Shown here: positions 20,111-31,221 of the stretch, one piece after another
How positions within the stretch are numbered: position 1 is the first letter of the stretch
Layout: every line of letters starts with the position of its first letter
Source: Nitrosopumilaceae archaeon
Lineage (GTDB): Archaea; Thermoproteota; Nitrososphaeria; Nitrososphaerales; Nitrosopumilaceae
Assembly (NCBI GenBank): GCA_965200155.1
Contig: CBDATR010000009.1
Coordinates: 126,287 to 190,286 of the forward strand
Direction of reading: 5' to 3'
DNA: 64,000 bases
The notes under the pieces: generated by a model
Databases searched by the model: none
Told to the model about the DNA's origin: nothing
The model's input: only the letters and a program-made list of their open reading frames with translations
Position numbers and translations under genes: made by a program

Positions 20111-21124
20111 GTGAAGCTGGGAATATTTGAGCCATCAGGTAATTCAACGGCAATACTAAAGTCTTCGGGAATTGGCACCATACCGGTAACGGATCACGTC
20201 CCGGATGTAGATGGCGTATTAGTTGGGGGTGGTGACAAGGGGGTAAGAAGATACTTTCACAGAATAAGTGACACATCAGTGCCGGTCTTAGGATTGTCCG
20301 AGGGCGAGACGGCCGGATTCTTGGCACAAATAGACATGAAGGATTTGGGTTCTTATTCCCGCAGGCTTTTGCGCGGAGACTACACCATCGAGGAGATACC
20401 GCGGCTGGGCGTACTGGTGGACAAGAAGAAGATGCACACTGTACTAAATGACGCGGCAGTATTCTCCTCAAGGAGCGCCATACTCATGGAGTATACTCTA
20501 TGGGTGAATGGCCAGGAGGTCTGGCACGATAATAGCGACGGGGTGATTATAGCCACACCCCTAGGCTCCACTGCATATTCAATGTCCGCGGGTGGACCCA
20601 TGATATTTCAGGGCTCCCCCGTATTCGGTATTGTTTCTGTCAACTCTTTAGATAATACGAGGCGACCGCTCATAGTATCAAACACCAGTACCGTGACTGT
20701 AGATGACATATCTGCCAGAGTCCACTGCGATGTAGTCCTGGACGGAATAGACAGGACCGGCGTAAAAGAGAGCGTGGAATTTTCTACCCTAAAGGAGCCT
20801 GCCAGAATAATACGCATGCAGAAGGATACCACCAGCATATCGGCCCTGGCAAAGAAGGTACACTTGGCAGAGGACTTACTTAGTATGCCCCCAAGCTCGA
20901 AGCTTGTACTAAAGACACTGGAGCACGAGGGCGCCATGACACGGCGGGAACTGGTTACCCGCACCATGCTACCGGACAGGACTGTTCAAATGGCTCTGGG
21001 CCACTTAATAAAGAAGGGCTACCTGCGCAAGAAAATACCCGTCCGGGATGCCAGGCAGCGCATATACCACATAGCCAAGATTGTGTCAGACTCTCGCGGA
21101 AGCGGCGACAAAGGCCCTGTATGA
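20111..21124 (+). CDS. NAD kinase family protein with C-terminal winged HTH
   Basis: GGD, VLND, DGVIIATPLGSTAYSMSAGGP; MPPSSKLV..DARQRIY HTH. Confidence 0.88.
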   Translation: MKLGIFEPSGNSTAILKSSGIGTIPVTDHVPDVDGVLVGGGDKGVRRYFHRISDTSVPVLGLSEGETAGFLAQIDMKDLGSYSRRLLRGDYTIEEIPRLGVLVDKKKMHTVLNDAAVFSSRSAILMEYTLWVNGQEVWHDNSDGVIIATPLGSTAYSMSAGGPMIFQGSPVFGIVSVNSLDNTRRPLIVSNTSTVTVDDISARVHCDVVLDGIDRTGVKESVEFSTLKEPARIIRMQKDTTSISALAKKVHLAEDLLSMPPSSKLVLKTLEHEGAMTRRELVTRTMLPDRTVQMALGHLIKKGYLRKKIPVRDARQRIYHIAKIVSDSRGSGDKGPV

Positions 21125-22672
21125 CTCCTCAGGAATGCCCGGCCTACTGCTAAATTCCGGATGAAACTGCACGCCCATGTAGAATCGGCAAGCTGGAATC
21201 TCCAGTATCTCCATCCGCTTTCCGTTATCACTCTCTGCGGAGAATATCATTCCTGCAGACTTTAGCCGGTCAATCATATCCTGGTTTATCTCGTAGCGAT
21301 GACGGTGTCTACGCATTATGATATCAGAGCCATAGGTATCACGGGCCATTGTATTATTATGTATGGTAATGGCATGGGCCCCCAGCCTCAGCGAACCGCC
21401 GGTGGCATGATCCGCCTGGTCTGGCAGAAGATGGACTACCGGGTTTTGTGTATCAGGTGATATTTCAGTACTGTCAGCATCGCTCATGCCTAGGACATTT
21501 CGTGCAAACGCTATAGTGGCCAGCTGGAACCCAAAGCATATGCCAAGATATGGTATGTCCATGCGGCGGGCTGCATCGGCAGTCCTTATGATTCCCTCAG
21601 AACCCCGTGTCCCAAAACCGCCCGGTACCAGTATGCCACCATACTGACTCAGGCTTTCATAATCAGTCATGCTCTCCGAGTCCAGCAAGTCAATCTTTAA
21701 CGATACCCCCAGGCTGGCCGCGGCATGCTGTAGTGCATGATTAACGCTGACATAGCTGTCCTTGAGGGTTACATACTTGCCCACCATGGCTATTCTTGTA
21801 CTGGCATCCCTGGATACTCCAAATGACGTTACAGTCTTGTTCCAGTCATCCCACTTCCGGGAGGAGTCCACCAGTCCCACCATGCCAAATCTGTGAAATA
21901 TAGAATCAACTATGCCCTGCTCGTATAGCATTTGGGGCACCTCGAATATGGACTCTACATCATGGCATGATAACACATCAGAGACCCTGACGCCGGTAAA
22001 CATGCCAAGCTTCTCCTTGGTTTTATCTCGCAGTGGCTTTGCGCTTCGTACTGCCAGATAGTCTGGCTGTATGCCTATGCGGCGCAGCTCCTGTACGCTG
22101 TGCTGTGTGGGCTTTGTCTTTTGCTCACCGACAACATCCAAGGACGGCGCCAGCGTTACATGAACGAATATAACATCATCGGATCCCACCTGCATCTGTC
22201 TTAGGGCTTCCAGAAACGGCAATGACTCCATGTCCCCAACGGTGCCGCCACATTCCACAATAAGTACGTCCAGCGACTCGGCCAGCCCTATTTGCGATAT
22301 CCGCCTCTTTATCTCGTCAGTTACGTGTGGTATTATCTGCACGCAGGCCCCCAGATACTGTCCGTCTCTCTCTGCCTGTATTACCGAGGAGAATACCTGG
22401 GACGTGGTTATGTTGTGACTTTTCGGTACGTTCTGGTTCAGGAATCTTTCATAGTTGCCTATGTCCATGTCGCATTCGCCGCCATCCTCGGTCACAAATA
22501 CCTCTCCATGAGTTATGGGATTCATGGTACCGGCATCGTAATTTAGGTACGGGTCTATCTTTATGCAGGATACCCGCAGTCCGGCCAGCTGTAGTAATTT
22601 TGCCACGGACGACGCGGTAACACCCTTGCCCAGTCCGGACATTACACCACCGGTGACAAAAATATACTTCAT
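21086..22672 (-). CDS. pyrG: CTP synthase
   Basis: [32 protein letters not shown]. Confidence 0.98.
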   Translation of the reverse strand: MKYIFVTGGVMSGLGKGVTASSVAKLLQLAGLRVSCIKIDPYLNYDAGTMNPITHGEVFVTEDGGECDMDIGNYERFLNQNVPKSHNITTSQVFSSVIQAERDGQYLGACVQIIPHVTDEIKRRISQIGLAESLDVLIVECGGTVGDMESLPFLEALRQMQVGSDDVIFVHVTLAPSLDVVGEQKTKPTQHSVQELRRIGIQPDYLAVRSAKPLRDKTKEKLGMFTGVRVSDVLSCHDVESIFEVPQMLYEQGIVDSIFHRFGMVGLVDSSRKWDDWNKTVTSFGVSRDASTRIAMVGKYVTLKDSYVSVNHALQHAAASLGVSLKIDLLDSESMTDYESLSQYGGILVPGGFGTRGSEGIIRTADAARRMDIPYLGICFGFQLATIAFARNVLGMSDADSTEISPDTQNPVVHLLPDQADHATGGSLRLGAHAITIHNNTMARDTYGSDIIMRRHRHRYEINQDMIDRLKSAGMIFSAESDNGKRMEILEIPACRFYMGVQFHPEFSSRPGIPEESYRAFVAASARV

Positions 22673-22696
22673 GAAATGCCGGTGCGCGATACAGTA

Positions 22697-22930
22697 TTAT
22701 TTCTTACCAGATCCCAGCGCAGTTAGGTTAAACCGGAAGAGTGCCAGCGCAAATACAATAATCATGGCAATGCCGGTAACATATGCAAAGTTAAAGCCAT
22801 CCTCGTGCAAGTACTGAAATAGAATGGTGCACGCCAGCAATGCCACACCCAGTGCAGTGAGTTTTCTATCGTACACGTCATGCCCACCTGACTCCCACAC
22901 AAATCTCTTACGGAACAGGCGCCACACCAA
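22697..22930 (-). CDS. Small membrane protein
   Basis: Two hydrophobic segments. Confidence 0.55.
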   Translation of the reverse strand: MVWRLFRKRFVWESGGHDVYDRKLTALGVALLACTILFQYLHEDGFNFAYVTGIAMIIVFALALFRFNLTALGSGKK

Positions 22931-23006
22931 TCATTCAGAGCGGGCAAGAACATGATCAATAGATGACATGGCAGAATTGTTGTAAAAATAGGATGAATAT
23001 TTCCTT

Positions 23007-23537
23007 CTAATCGTGTGCGTGCGGATTCGTGCCACCAGACAGTGCTACAAAAGTACCTGCAGCCTTGTCATGGGCCTCCATATTGGACTGGTCGACCTGG
23101 ATAGCCTCTGGCGGACATACTGAGACGCAGGCCATGCAATATATGCAATCATGCTCCCTAATGGGATCCGCCTTGTCAGTATGGTCTGTACGATTCTCTT
23201 TCTCTGTTTCACCTGTTCCTTCGAAGGTCTGATTCAGCGCTTGTGCAGCAGGTATATCTTTTTCAGTTCTATACCACTGGAACACCTGTACAGGACATGC
23301 TTCTATGCAAGCACCGTCCGCTACACAAGAGTCCCAATCAACTGCAACCATGGTACCGCTGACGCCCAATGGCTCATACGTCTCACCACGGCTCTGGTAT
23401 GCCGCTTGTACCTCCTCATTGGTGGCACTCTCAGCATCCGCGCGACCTGGACCCCACATAAAGTGGAAGTTTCCATCCGCGTTTAGTATCTTGCCCTTGG
23501 CTTCAAAACCCTCAGGAAAGTTCTCTGGGATTGGCAT
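23007..23537 (-). CDS. Fe-S ferredoxin (archaeal zinc-containing-like type)
   Basis: CVADGACIEACP and CIYCMACVSVCP. Confidence 0.9.
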   Translation of the reverse strand: MPIPENFPEGFEAKGKILNADGNFHFMWGPGRADAESATNEEVQAAYQSRGETYEPLGVSGTMVAVDWDSCVADGACIEACPVQVFQWYRTEKDIPAAQALNQTFEGTGETEKENRTDHTDKADPIREHDCIYCMACVSVCPPEAIQVDQSNMEAHDKAAGTFVALSGGTNPHAHD

Positions 23538-23622
23538 ATTGATAGAAATGAGCGATTATTATTTAAATCTAGATAAAATTAGTCATGACTAAATCGTTTT
23601 TAGTAGCCATTACAGTACGAAC

Positions 23623-24285
23623 ATGATGGACATTACAAAATGGGATTTGTATGGCGGCACCAACATAGGATTGTATGCGGCCGTTGCGGACAGTTATCTG
23701 CTTGTGCCCAGCGGTTTTGCCGCAGCCAAGGCCGAGAGACTGGCGCAGATATTGGAGGTAGGCTGGCATGCCATCTCCATATGCGGGACCCGACTGCTGG
23801 GCTCCATGTCTGTACACTGCAACAACAGAATACTCCTGCCAAAGACCGTACACGAGCCGGAGTATACTGCCCTGTGTAGTATAACTGAGAGTGTTCACAT
23901 TCTGAATTTAAGATACACGGCGCTGGGAAATCTCATATGCGCCAACAGGCACGGGGCCATCATCTCACCGTTATTCACAGCAGCAGAGCGTCACATTATA
24001 CAGGACGCACTGGATACCGAGGTTGCACCAACGCATATTGCTGGACTTGAGCAGACCGGGGCGCTGGCGGCCACCAACGATACCGGTACGGTGGTGCACC
24101 CACTGGCGGATCAGGACGAGATAGAGTACATATCCCAGGTATTGAAAACCAAGGTAGAGCCATCCACCATAAATGCAGGTGTCCCGTATGTGACTACGGG
24201 CATACTCCTGAATAACATGGCAGTAGTGGTGGGAAGCACCAGTACCGGTCCTGAGATAATGATGCTCACCAGGGCATTTCTTTGA
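23623..24285 (+). CDS. eif6: Translation initiation factor aIF6
   Basis: NIGLY, ALGNLI.AN, TIN.G.PYV, GS.STGPE. Confidence 0.92.
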   Translation: MMDITKWDLYGGTNIGLYAAVADSYLLVPSGFAAAKAERLAQILEVGWHAISICGTRLLGSMSVHCNNRILLPKTVHEPEYTALCSITESVHILNLRYTALGNLICANRHGAIISPLFTAAERHIIQDALDTEVAPTHIAGLEQTGALAATNDTGTVVHPLADQDEIEYISQVLKTKVEPSTINAGVPYVTTGILLNNMAVVVGSTSTGPEIMMLTRAFL

Positions 24286-25513
24286 TGAATTTCAGGGGAT
24301 TTGATATTATTTTATCGTATGACACCAAGCTCTCGCTTCCGCCCTTCATGTCCTTGAATATTACCATACCCTTCTGCATCTCCTTGGGGGCAACTATTAT
24401 GGCCACATCCGAGTGCTGAGCCATGCTCATCTGCTTCTTTAGTGAACGCGCAGATACATCCATGGATACGGGAACCTGCTGGTGCCGCAGGGCCGCTGCA
24501 ATTACCATGCCCCGTGGTCGCATGCCCTCCTGTACGTATATGACCGCGACCCGCTTTTGTGGACAGGGTATGCTCCCCATGGCAGAGACTATGCGCTCCA
24601 CTCCGCCAGCCACTCCGGCAGCACCCATATCCTTCCGTCCGAACGCGGCCGGAAGCATGTCATATCGCCCCCCACCAGCAAGTGCCACATCTGATTTCGC
24701 ACCATACGCCTCAAAGACCATTCCCGTATAGTAGTCAAGACCCCGCACTATGCCAAAATCAATAATGACATTACGTATATTCAGAGAATCAAGATCATGA
24801 ATTAAACCATCCAGATAATTGTACATCCGGTCACTCAAGTATGACTTTATGTCGTCCGGTGTCCCCTTGGCACTGGCAAACTCCATCATGTCTTCGAGTG
24901 CAGTCTTATCGTACCCTTTTGCGATAAACTCGTCCACTATATCGGATGGCGCCTTTTTCTGCATCTTGTCCACTGCACGCAGTATGTCGTTGATTGAGTC
25001 TGTGCCAAAGTGTTGCGCTATATATGATTCCATAATCTCCCTGTGGCTGATTCGTATGTTATGACTAACCGGCAGTGAGTCCAAGAATCGGGAGGTGAAC
25101 TCGATAATCTCCGCGTCCTGTGCGGGATGGGGCTGGCCATAAATCTCTATATCCCATTGATGGAAATAGCGATAGCGATTTTTTTGGGGCTCATCATACC
25201 GGAACACGCCTCCAAAACTGGATATTTTTGCTGGCAATGGACGCGCCCGGTCAGATACAACATGACGGGTCAGGCCCATGGTAAAATCAAAGCGCAGTCC
25301 CACCTCCCTGCCGCCCTTGTCGGTAAAGTTGTATACCTCATCACGAATTGCTGGCCCGGACTTTGTCTCCAGCGTGGACATGAGCTCCAACGGCGACGGA
25401 TGTACTGATTCATAGTCATACAGGTCAGCCATGCGCTCAAACGCACTGCGTACGTACTCTATGCCATGGAGATCAGGACCGCTAACGTCCCTCATACCCC
25501 GCGGAAGTGCCAA
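24266..25513 (-). CDS. hisS: Histidyl-tRNA synthetase
   Basis: PRGMRD, FRYDEPQ.NRYR.FHQ, RGLDYYTG, GGGRYD. Confidence 0.97.
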   Translation of the reverse strand: MALPRGMRDVSGPDLHGIEYVRSAFERMADLYDYESVHPSPLELMSTLETKSGPAIRDEVYNFTDKGGREVGLRFDFTMGLTRHVVSDRARPLPAKISSFGGVFRYDEPQKNRYRYFHQWDIEIYGQPHPAQDAEIIEFTSRFLDSLPVSHNIRISHREIMESYIAQHFGTDSINDILRAVDKMQKKAPSDIVDEFIAKGYDKTALEDMMEFASAKGTPDDIKSYLSDRMYNYLDGLIHDLDSLNIRNVIIDFGIVRGLDYYTGMVFEAYGAKSDVALAGGGRYDMLPAAFGRKDMGAAGVAGGVERIVSAMGSIPCPQKRVAVIYVQEGMRPRGMVIAAALRHQQVPVSMDVSARSLKKQMSMAQHSDVAIIVAPKEMQKGMVIFKDMKGGSESLVSYDKIISNPLKFIKEMPW

Positions 25514-25539
25514 ACGCGATTCAATAAAGACGTACCAAT

Positions 25540-26328
25540 TTAGTGGTTTGCAAGAAAGTTATTCACTATGCCAGCAAACTGCTCCGGATGCTGAACATAA
25601 GGCGTATGACCGCAGCCCTCCATACCCTCGAACTGGCAATTGGGAATGGCCGCAGCAAACTTGTGGGCATAGGATATGGGTATTAAGGTATCTAGGTGAC
25701 CCCATACCAGTAGCGTGGGTATGGTTATTTTTTTAAGAGCAGGCGTTATGTCCTTTGAATTTTTAAAGCACAGTAGTGATGACATAAAGGCCATCTTGGC
25801 GTTGGACCTGTTCATGTTGGCCAGGAATGTTGATACCACCTTAGGATTGGCGTCTTTGCCGGTGCCGTCCATAAGGCGAAATGCGTGCGCCGCACTACCC
25901 TCCCTGGGATACAGTGCGGCCATTATGTATGCGTCAAGTGCCGGTGTGGAATGCCGCATCATTCCCGCAGGAGATATGAGTATCAGTCTCTGAACACCCT
26001 TGTGGGCGGAGGCGTACTGGGCCGCTATCTGGCCCCCCATGGAGGCGCCTACCACAACAGGTATCTCCAGGTTCAGCGCCTCAATGAACTTTTCCAGGAA
26101 TGATACAAAGAACTCCGGTGTGTAGTCTATCATGGGCTTGTCACTCTTGCCATAGCCTGTTATATCAGGAATTATGGTCCTGTACTGCCTAGATAGTATG
26201 GTGGCGGTAGGCACCCATTTGTCCGCGTATCCGCCAAGGCCGTGCAGCATGATCAGGGGCTGACCTGCGGTATCTGAGTGCAAATATCGGACTTTATTAC
26301 CCATAATGGTAATCCAGCCCTCCTTCAT
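25540..26328 (-). CDS. Alpha/beta hydrolase
   Basis: LHGLGG, GASMGG nucleophile, CGHTP. Confidence 0.9.
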   Translation of the reverse strand: MKEGWITIMGNKVRYLHSDTAGQPLIMLHGLGGYADKWVPTATILSRQYRTIIPDITGYGKSDKPMIDYTPEFFVSFLEKFIEALNLEIPVVVGASMGGQIAAQYASAHKGVQRLILISPAGMMRHSTPALDAYIMAALYPREGSAAHAFRLMDGTGKDANPKVVSTFLANMNRSNAKMAFMSSLLCFKNSKDITPALKKITIPTLLVWGHLDTLIPISYAHKFAAAIPNCQFEGMEGCGHTPYVQHPEQFAGIVNNFLANH

Positions 26329-26490
26329 GCATGTGCCATAATAATTGGAGAATTAAAATTTGACCCGATCATATCCGGAATCTGTCACTCCCTGCAATGA
26401 CAAGGCACCAGAGTGGTAAAATAAACACCCAGAGTTGCGACAGTGCGTGAAGCCGCCAAGCCATATATCAAGCGGTAACCAATGTAAATA

Positions 26491-26799
26491 ATGGCAGATA
26501 GATGGAGTTTGGTCATAATATCTGCCGGTATCGTGGTGGCGGCTAGCTTGTTTGTCATTATTCTCCTTAGTCCGCCCCAAGCGACAGAGTGGAACACTAC
26601 CGGATTCCCGTACTGTCTGCGAGTGCTTCAGTGCGCCAACATACCGGAGTTTCAGGGCATACCATTTGATCAGCTTAACATAATAGCCAAAAACTATAAT
26701 TCCTGCTTTGAGGACTACAAACTAGAGCAGACCTGTAACGTGCAGGTATACCAAGATATTGAGAGATTCCATGAATTGGGCTACGTCACAGAGCGATAG
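26491..26799 (+). CDS. Hypothetical protein with N-terminal membrane anchor
   Basis: Hydrophobic N-terminus, four Cys. Confidence 0.55.
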   Translation: MADRWSLVIISAGIVVAASLFVIILLSPPQATEWNTTGFPYCLRVLQCANIPEFQGIPFDQLNIIAKNYNSCFEDYKLEQTCNVQVYQDIERFHELGYVTER

Positions 26800-27099
26800 T
26801 GTATCATACCCTTTGCGCGTGGTATAGCGTAACGATATCAGTACCTGTTTGTACAGGCGATGCTAATGCGCCATAATCAGTAACCGTTTAGGTCGCCCCT
26901 GGCAAAGAGAAATGTATTTCACCAGATTCTTCTTGGCGTAATAGACTAACTTGTCCCAAGTATTGACAGGAGCATATCAGTCGTGTTGAGTTCACGCTTT
27001 CTCCACGTCATCATGCAGGTCAGGATGTTCTCGACTACCTGCATACCCTTGTTCGAACCCCAAGACATGCGTATCTTGTGATATATGACGAAGCGGCGC

Positions 27100-27200
27100 G
27101 TGTGAGTTCACCTGTGTCTAAATTTACGCATAACTGATGGAACAGGTTGTTCTAGTTAATGTGATTTGTGCACAAGATTCCGGAAGACGTGAACTCATAC
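27100..27200. mobile_element. MITE-A 101-bp variant
   Basis: Interior variant gatggaacaggttgttctagtt. Confidence 0.9.
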
Positions 27201-27573
27201 TCCTGATTTGGTTTCTTTGAATGGTTATTCGTATTCTCCGGATATTATTATGATTGATAATAATGTAGTTGATGTTCCGACTATGTCTATGTTAGTTGCT
27301 AATTTGCATACTTGCTATAAGATGGATTTCTTTGTTGATCATGAGATTTGGAAGTTGCGTGAATCTAAAAAATTATTTTCTGTTTATGGTGGGTCTATTG
27401 TTCGCATATGATGATTATCTTGTCGTATATTTCTTCCATCCATGTTTTGTATAGATCTGTATTATCTTTATTATACATAATAATATATGAATCTATCATA
27501 TATATAAGTGTGAAAAATTATTTTTGGATCTATATTAGACCTTATGCGCATGATTGACAGTAACAGCCCATGT

Positions 27574-28235
27574 GTATGAGTTCACGTGTTTTGATCATAT
27601 AATAAGATAGAATGCATCCCAGTTTTTTAATTATAATTGCATTCTGGCAGCAACCTCGTTCATTACAGAAAGGCCCTGAGCTCTCCATGTCTGAACACAT
27701 ATGGACATGCGGCGCATGGCCCTTTCACCACCCTTTATCTGTCCACTAATCTGTATGCCGTATTTGGCAAGATAACACCCTTGGCCAAATTCACCTTTCA
27801 CCACCCTTTATCTGCCCACTAATCTGTATGAGTTCACCTGTGTCTAAATTTACGCATAACTGATCGCGACAGTTAATGTGATTTGTGCACAAGATTCCGG
27901 AAGACGTGAACTCATACACTAATCTTGCGGAATACCACTGCGTATCAGAACCGGTTCCACTGCTCCGCTGGATTGTTGGTCGGCTCCACACTGTCATATT
28001 CTAGGAATACGAACATGCCTGGTATGGCCTTATTCAATCCTTTTACCTTCTTTTGTAGTTCAGTATCATCAACATCACAATACTGATGCATCTGCTCCTG
28101 TCTCAAACGAGTATTGTAATTGCGCGGACGGCTAGCAGGGATTCACGTGCGCTCCGAAACAATTCTTTCAAGTCGTTGTCAAGTTTGATCCGGGCGTCCT
28201 GATCACCGGGATCGATATAGAATCCTGCATGTAAT
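27574..28235 (-). mobile_element. IS66 right-end fragment with repeat-spacer-repeat unit and MITE-A (27826-27917)
   Basis: TIR at 27574; MITE TSD ACTAATCT. Confidence 0.9.
27722..27830. repeat. CRISPR-like unit 2: 36-bp duplication (27722-27757, 27795-27830) flanking a unique 37-bp insert
   Basis: ctttcaccaccctttatctg(t/c)ccactaatctgtatg twice. Confidence 0.9.
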
Positions 28236-28424
28236 GTATGAGTTCACCTGTGTCTAAATTTACGCATAACTGATCTCGACAGTTAATGTGATTTGTGCAC
28301 AAGATTCCGGAAGACGTGAACTCATACGTAATGTATGAGTTCACCTGTGTCTAAATTTACGCATAACTGATCTCGACAGTTAATGTGATTTGTGCACAAG
28401 ATTCCGGAAGACGTGAACTCATAC
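28236..28424. mobile_element. Tandem MITE-A pair (28236-28327, 28333-28424)
   Basis: Both share private variant gatctcgac; separated by gtaat. Confidence 0.92.
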
Positions 28425-28479
28425 CTAAATTATGCAACGCATAAAATGCAAAATATGCAGGCAATATATTTTCATGACT

Positions 28480-28549
28480 GTATGAGTTCACCTATGTCTA
28501 AATTCATGCATGATGATTTGAGCACGTAGTTGAAGACGTGAACTCATAC
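28480..28549. mobile_element. Internally deleted MITE-A (70 bp)
   Basis: Intact TIRs. Confidence 0.8.
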
Positions 28550-28633
28550 TACATTTTTGCTATGCACGACCTAAACGGTTACTCGTGTAAAGCGGGTTTC
28601 GTTTATATATATGACCATTACCATTCATAGGTA

Positions 28634-29182
28634 ATGAGTGGTATAAGTAACCCATACGAGGAAATGTACAAGAAATGGATAGAGCAGAATATGCAGACAA
28701 TCAGTGAGATGCAAAAGAACTTTGAGCAGATGAGCGGGAATATGCAGAATGCAATAAAAATGCCCGCGGAGATGCAAAAGAACTTTGAGCAGACCAAGCA
28801 GATGTGGGAGAATATGCAGAATGCAATAAAAATGCCCGCGGAGATGCAAAAGAACTTTGAGCAGGTTAACAAGTATATGCAAAACGCGTATACGCCTGAT
28901 GGATGGTCCAAAATGAACGAGCAGGTTAACGATATGAGTAAAATTCCACAAACATGGACAGCCTTCATTGATCAAATGTCAAAGATGTCCCCATGGCAAC
29001 AACCGCGGGAGCAACTTTTTGTACCGAACATGCTGATGAATTGGGCTGCGTTTAAGACGTCCATAGGGAGTAATGGTCGAATATCCATACCCGAGGCTGA
29101 GCGCAGTGCATTAAAGATTCGCGAAGGTGATCTGGTCCAGGTTATAGTACTACCAGTATCAAAGAGGGAGGTGAAAGAATGA
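28634..29182 (+). CDS. AbrB/MazE-domain regulator with Met/Gln-rich repeat N-terminus (PhaR-like)
   Basis: C-terminal SIGSNGRISIPEAER..LKIREGDLV; lies next to phasin-like gene and phaEC. Confidence 0.75.
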   Translation: MSGISNPYEEMYKKWIEQNMQTISEMQKNFEQMSGNMQNAIKMPAEMQKNFEQTKQMWENMQNAIKMPAEMQKNFEQVNKYMQNAYTPDGWSKMNEQVNDMSKIPQTWTAFIDQMSKMSPWQQPREQLFVPNMLMNWAAFKTSIGSNGRISIPEAERSALKIREGDLVQVIVLPVSKREVKE

Positions 29183-29598
29183 ATAAGAATGAGCAAGCAC
29201 AGCAAAAAGACGTATTTGCAATTTACAAGGATATTATGGACAAGGCTATCAATAGCATAAATCAGTCAGTACCCCGTTATCATCAATCGATAACTAATAC
29301 ACAGCAAGAGGTAATCAAGTCTCTGGAGAATAACATGACCCAGGCAATACAGATACAGCAAGAACTCGCCACAAAGAGTGGCATGTCTACTACCGTACCT
29401 GATGCTAGCATAAAGGCAATCAAGGAGGCTGCAGAAGGCTACCTAAAGATTAGCGCTATTTACAACCAGATGGCACTGTCTGCAATGGATGCTGCCCAAC
29501 AGAGTATCAAGTCTGCCAGTGACAACTCAAAGTCGTTTAACGACATAGCACAGAGTACAATGCGTTCGTACATGTCCGCATTTGCAGTGACAAACTAG
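29179..29598 (+). CDS. Putative phasin (PhaP-like)
   Basis: Ala/Gln/Ser-rich helical protein, ATGA-coupled to AbrB gene, convergent with phaC. Confidence 0.6.
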   Translation: MNKNEQAQQKDVFAIYKDIMDKAINSINQSVPRYHQSITNTQQEVIKSLENNMTQAIQIQQELATKSGMSTTVPDASIKAIKEAAEGYLKISAIYNQMALSAMDAAQQSIKSASDNSKSFNDIAQSTMRSYMSAFAVTN

Positions 29599-30659
29599 TC
29601 CGAATTTTTGGATAACCAACTGCCCAATTCGGGCAGAACTATTTTTTGAGATAATTTACTAGCTATCATGCCCACGTGACCGGTGGGATACAGGCGCAGT
29701 CTCTTTTCCTGGCTACCCACTGCATAATGAAGGGGCATACTGCATTCCGGTGAAACCAGATGATCTCCCACAGCTACCTGCGTAAATATTGGCATGTCTA
29801 TATTGTGCAGGTTCACCACTTGATCCCCCACCATCATTTTACTCTGGACCAACAAATTTTTTTGATATATGTTTTTGATCCACTCCCTGAAAAGTTCACC
29901 GGGAATGGGCGGGGTGTCATTAAGCCACTTTTCCACTCGCAGGAAATTATCCACAAATTTTTCATTATCAATGTTCTTGAAAAAATTGATGTATTTTTCA
30001 ATTCCCTGCTCGAATGGTTTCAGTACGGAGAAACAATAGTACATAAATTCCGGCGGCATATTCCCCACAATATCCACAAGCTTGTCCACTTCCATGTGTT
30101 TGGAGAGATTACTTACTACCGTGGTGTCCTTGTCGCCATCTATCACCGGTGCAGTAGCTACAAAGTTGCGCACTTTTTTGGGATACAATGCTGTGTATAT
30201 TGCGGCTATTGTTCCGCCTGTGCAATAGCCTTGTAGTGTAACGTTATCTACGGATGCCGTGTCGCATACATGATCTATACACGAGTCCAGATACACGTTT
30301 ACGTAATCATCAAAGTCCAGGTATCTATCCATGTTGCTCGGAGTACCCCAGTCTACCATGTAGACATCATAACCCTGAGATAACAGGTTGCGCACCCAGC
30401 TTTTGGTTGGGTGTATGTCAAGAATGTGGTACCGGTTTATCAAGGCATAGGCTATCACGATGGGGATGCGGTGAGTGCTGGGTTGTGTACCGGCGTAATG
30501 GAGCAGACGGACCTTGTCTATGTTGTATACCTCATCGTATGGAGTGATCTCCAAGTTCATTTCGTCCGGCGCCTTTACCAAATCCGGGGCACGAAGTATG
30601 TTGGAGCTGAACCGGGCCAGCTCCTCCATCATGTGATCAGGTATGGTTGACTCCATCAT
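29595..30659 (-). CDS. phaC: Class III PHA synthase subunit PhaC
   Basis: YALINR.HILD, GYC.GG lipase box, DHLV, GHVG. Confidence 0.95.
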   Translation of the reverse strand: MMESTIPDHMMEELARFSSNILRAPDLVKAPDEMNLEITPYDEVYNIDKVRLLHYAGTQPSTHRIPIVIAYALINRYHILDIHPTKSWVRNLLSQGYDVYMVDWGTPSNMDRYLDFDDYVNVYLDSCIDHVCDTASVDNVTLQGYCTGGTIAAIYTALYPKKVRNFVATAPVIDGDKDTTVVSNLSKHMEVDKLVDIVGNMPPEFMYYCFSVLKPFEQGIEKYINFFKNIDNEKFVDNFLRVEKWLNDTPPIPGELFREWIKNIYQKNLLVQSKMMVGDQVVNLHNIDMPIFTQVAVGDHLVSPECSMPLHYAVGSQEKRLRLYPTGHVGMIASKLSQKIVLPELGSWLSKNSD

Positions 30660-31221
30660 TTGACCTCCGTCTCATTTTAGACTCCAGTATGGCAACCCGC
30701 TTGCGCAGTGAGTGTAATTCACCATACACCTCATCAAGCTCATGGCGATTAGGCAGGTTTGCTGTTTTTAGTACTATATCGGATATGTTATTCCAGTGCT
30801 TGGTAAGATCCAGTTCTTTTGAAACCATCTTTCCATAGTTCCGCCCAAAATCTTTTGAATCGAACAGATCAGTAAAGTCATTATCAAATATATCAATCCA
30901 TATACGTTTGTAGGCCTCGAATCTCTCTGGATCTTTGGGTAGATCCGAGGTTCGCATATCCACCTTCTTTTGGGCCTCCTGCCATACCTCACTCATTTGC
31001 CTGTAATATTCAGCCAAGTATGTACCAAAATCAGTCATTGACTGATTCATCTCTATGAGTTCAGATGTGACCTTTTTGGTGTTGGCTGCCATGGCCCGCA
31101 GGGGCCCTATGGAAGACAGAGCCTGGGGCTTGCTGTTCATGAGGTATAATAAATCCGTCCAGAATACGGATACATGCTTGTAGTAGTCCCGTGCATTCTC
31201 TTCCATGCTTGCTATATTCAC
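30637..31221 (-). CDS. phaE: PHA synthase subunit PhaE
   Basis: LP.R.ELDEVY.ELH.LRKRV; upstream of phaC. Confidence 0.9.
   Translation of the reverse strand: MNIASMEENARDYYKHVSVFWTDLLYLMNSKPQALSSIGPLRAMAANTKKVTSELIEMNQSMTDFGTYLAEYYRQMSEVWQEAQKKVDMRTSDLPKDPERFEAYKRIWIDIFDNDFTDLFDSKDFGRNYGKMVSKELDLTKHWNNISDIVLKTANLPNRHELDEVYGELHSLRKRVAILESKMRRRSNDGVNHT

Noticed and set aside
28706-28864. 72-bp period repeat as another spacer unit
   Set aside because: 54-bp in-frame coding repeat with an 18-bp gap inside an intact gene.
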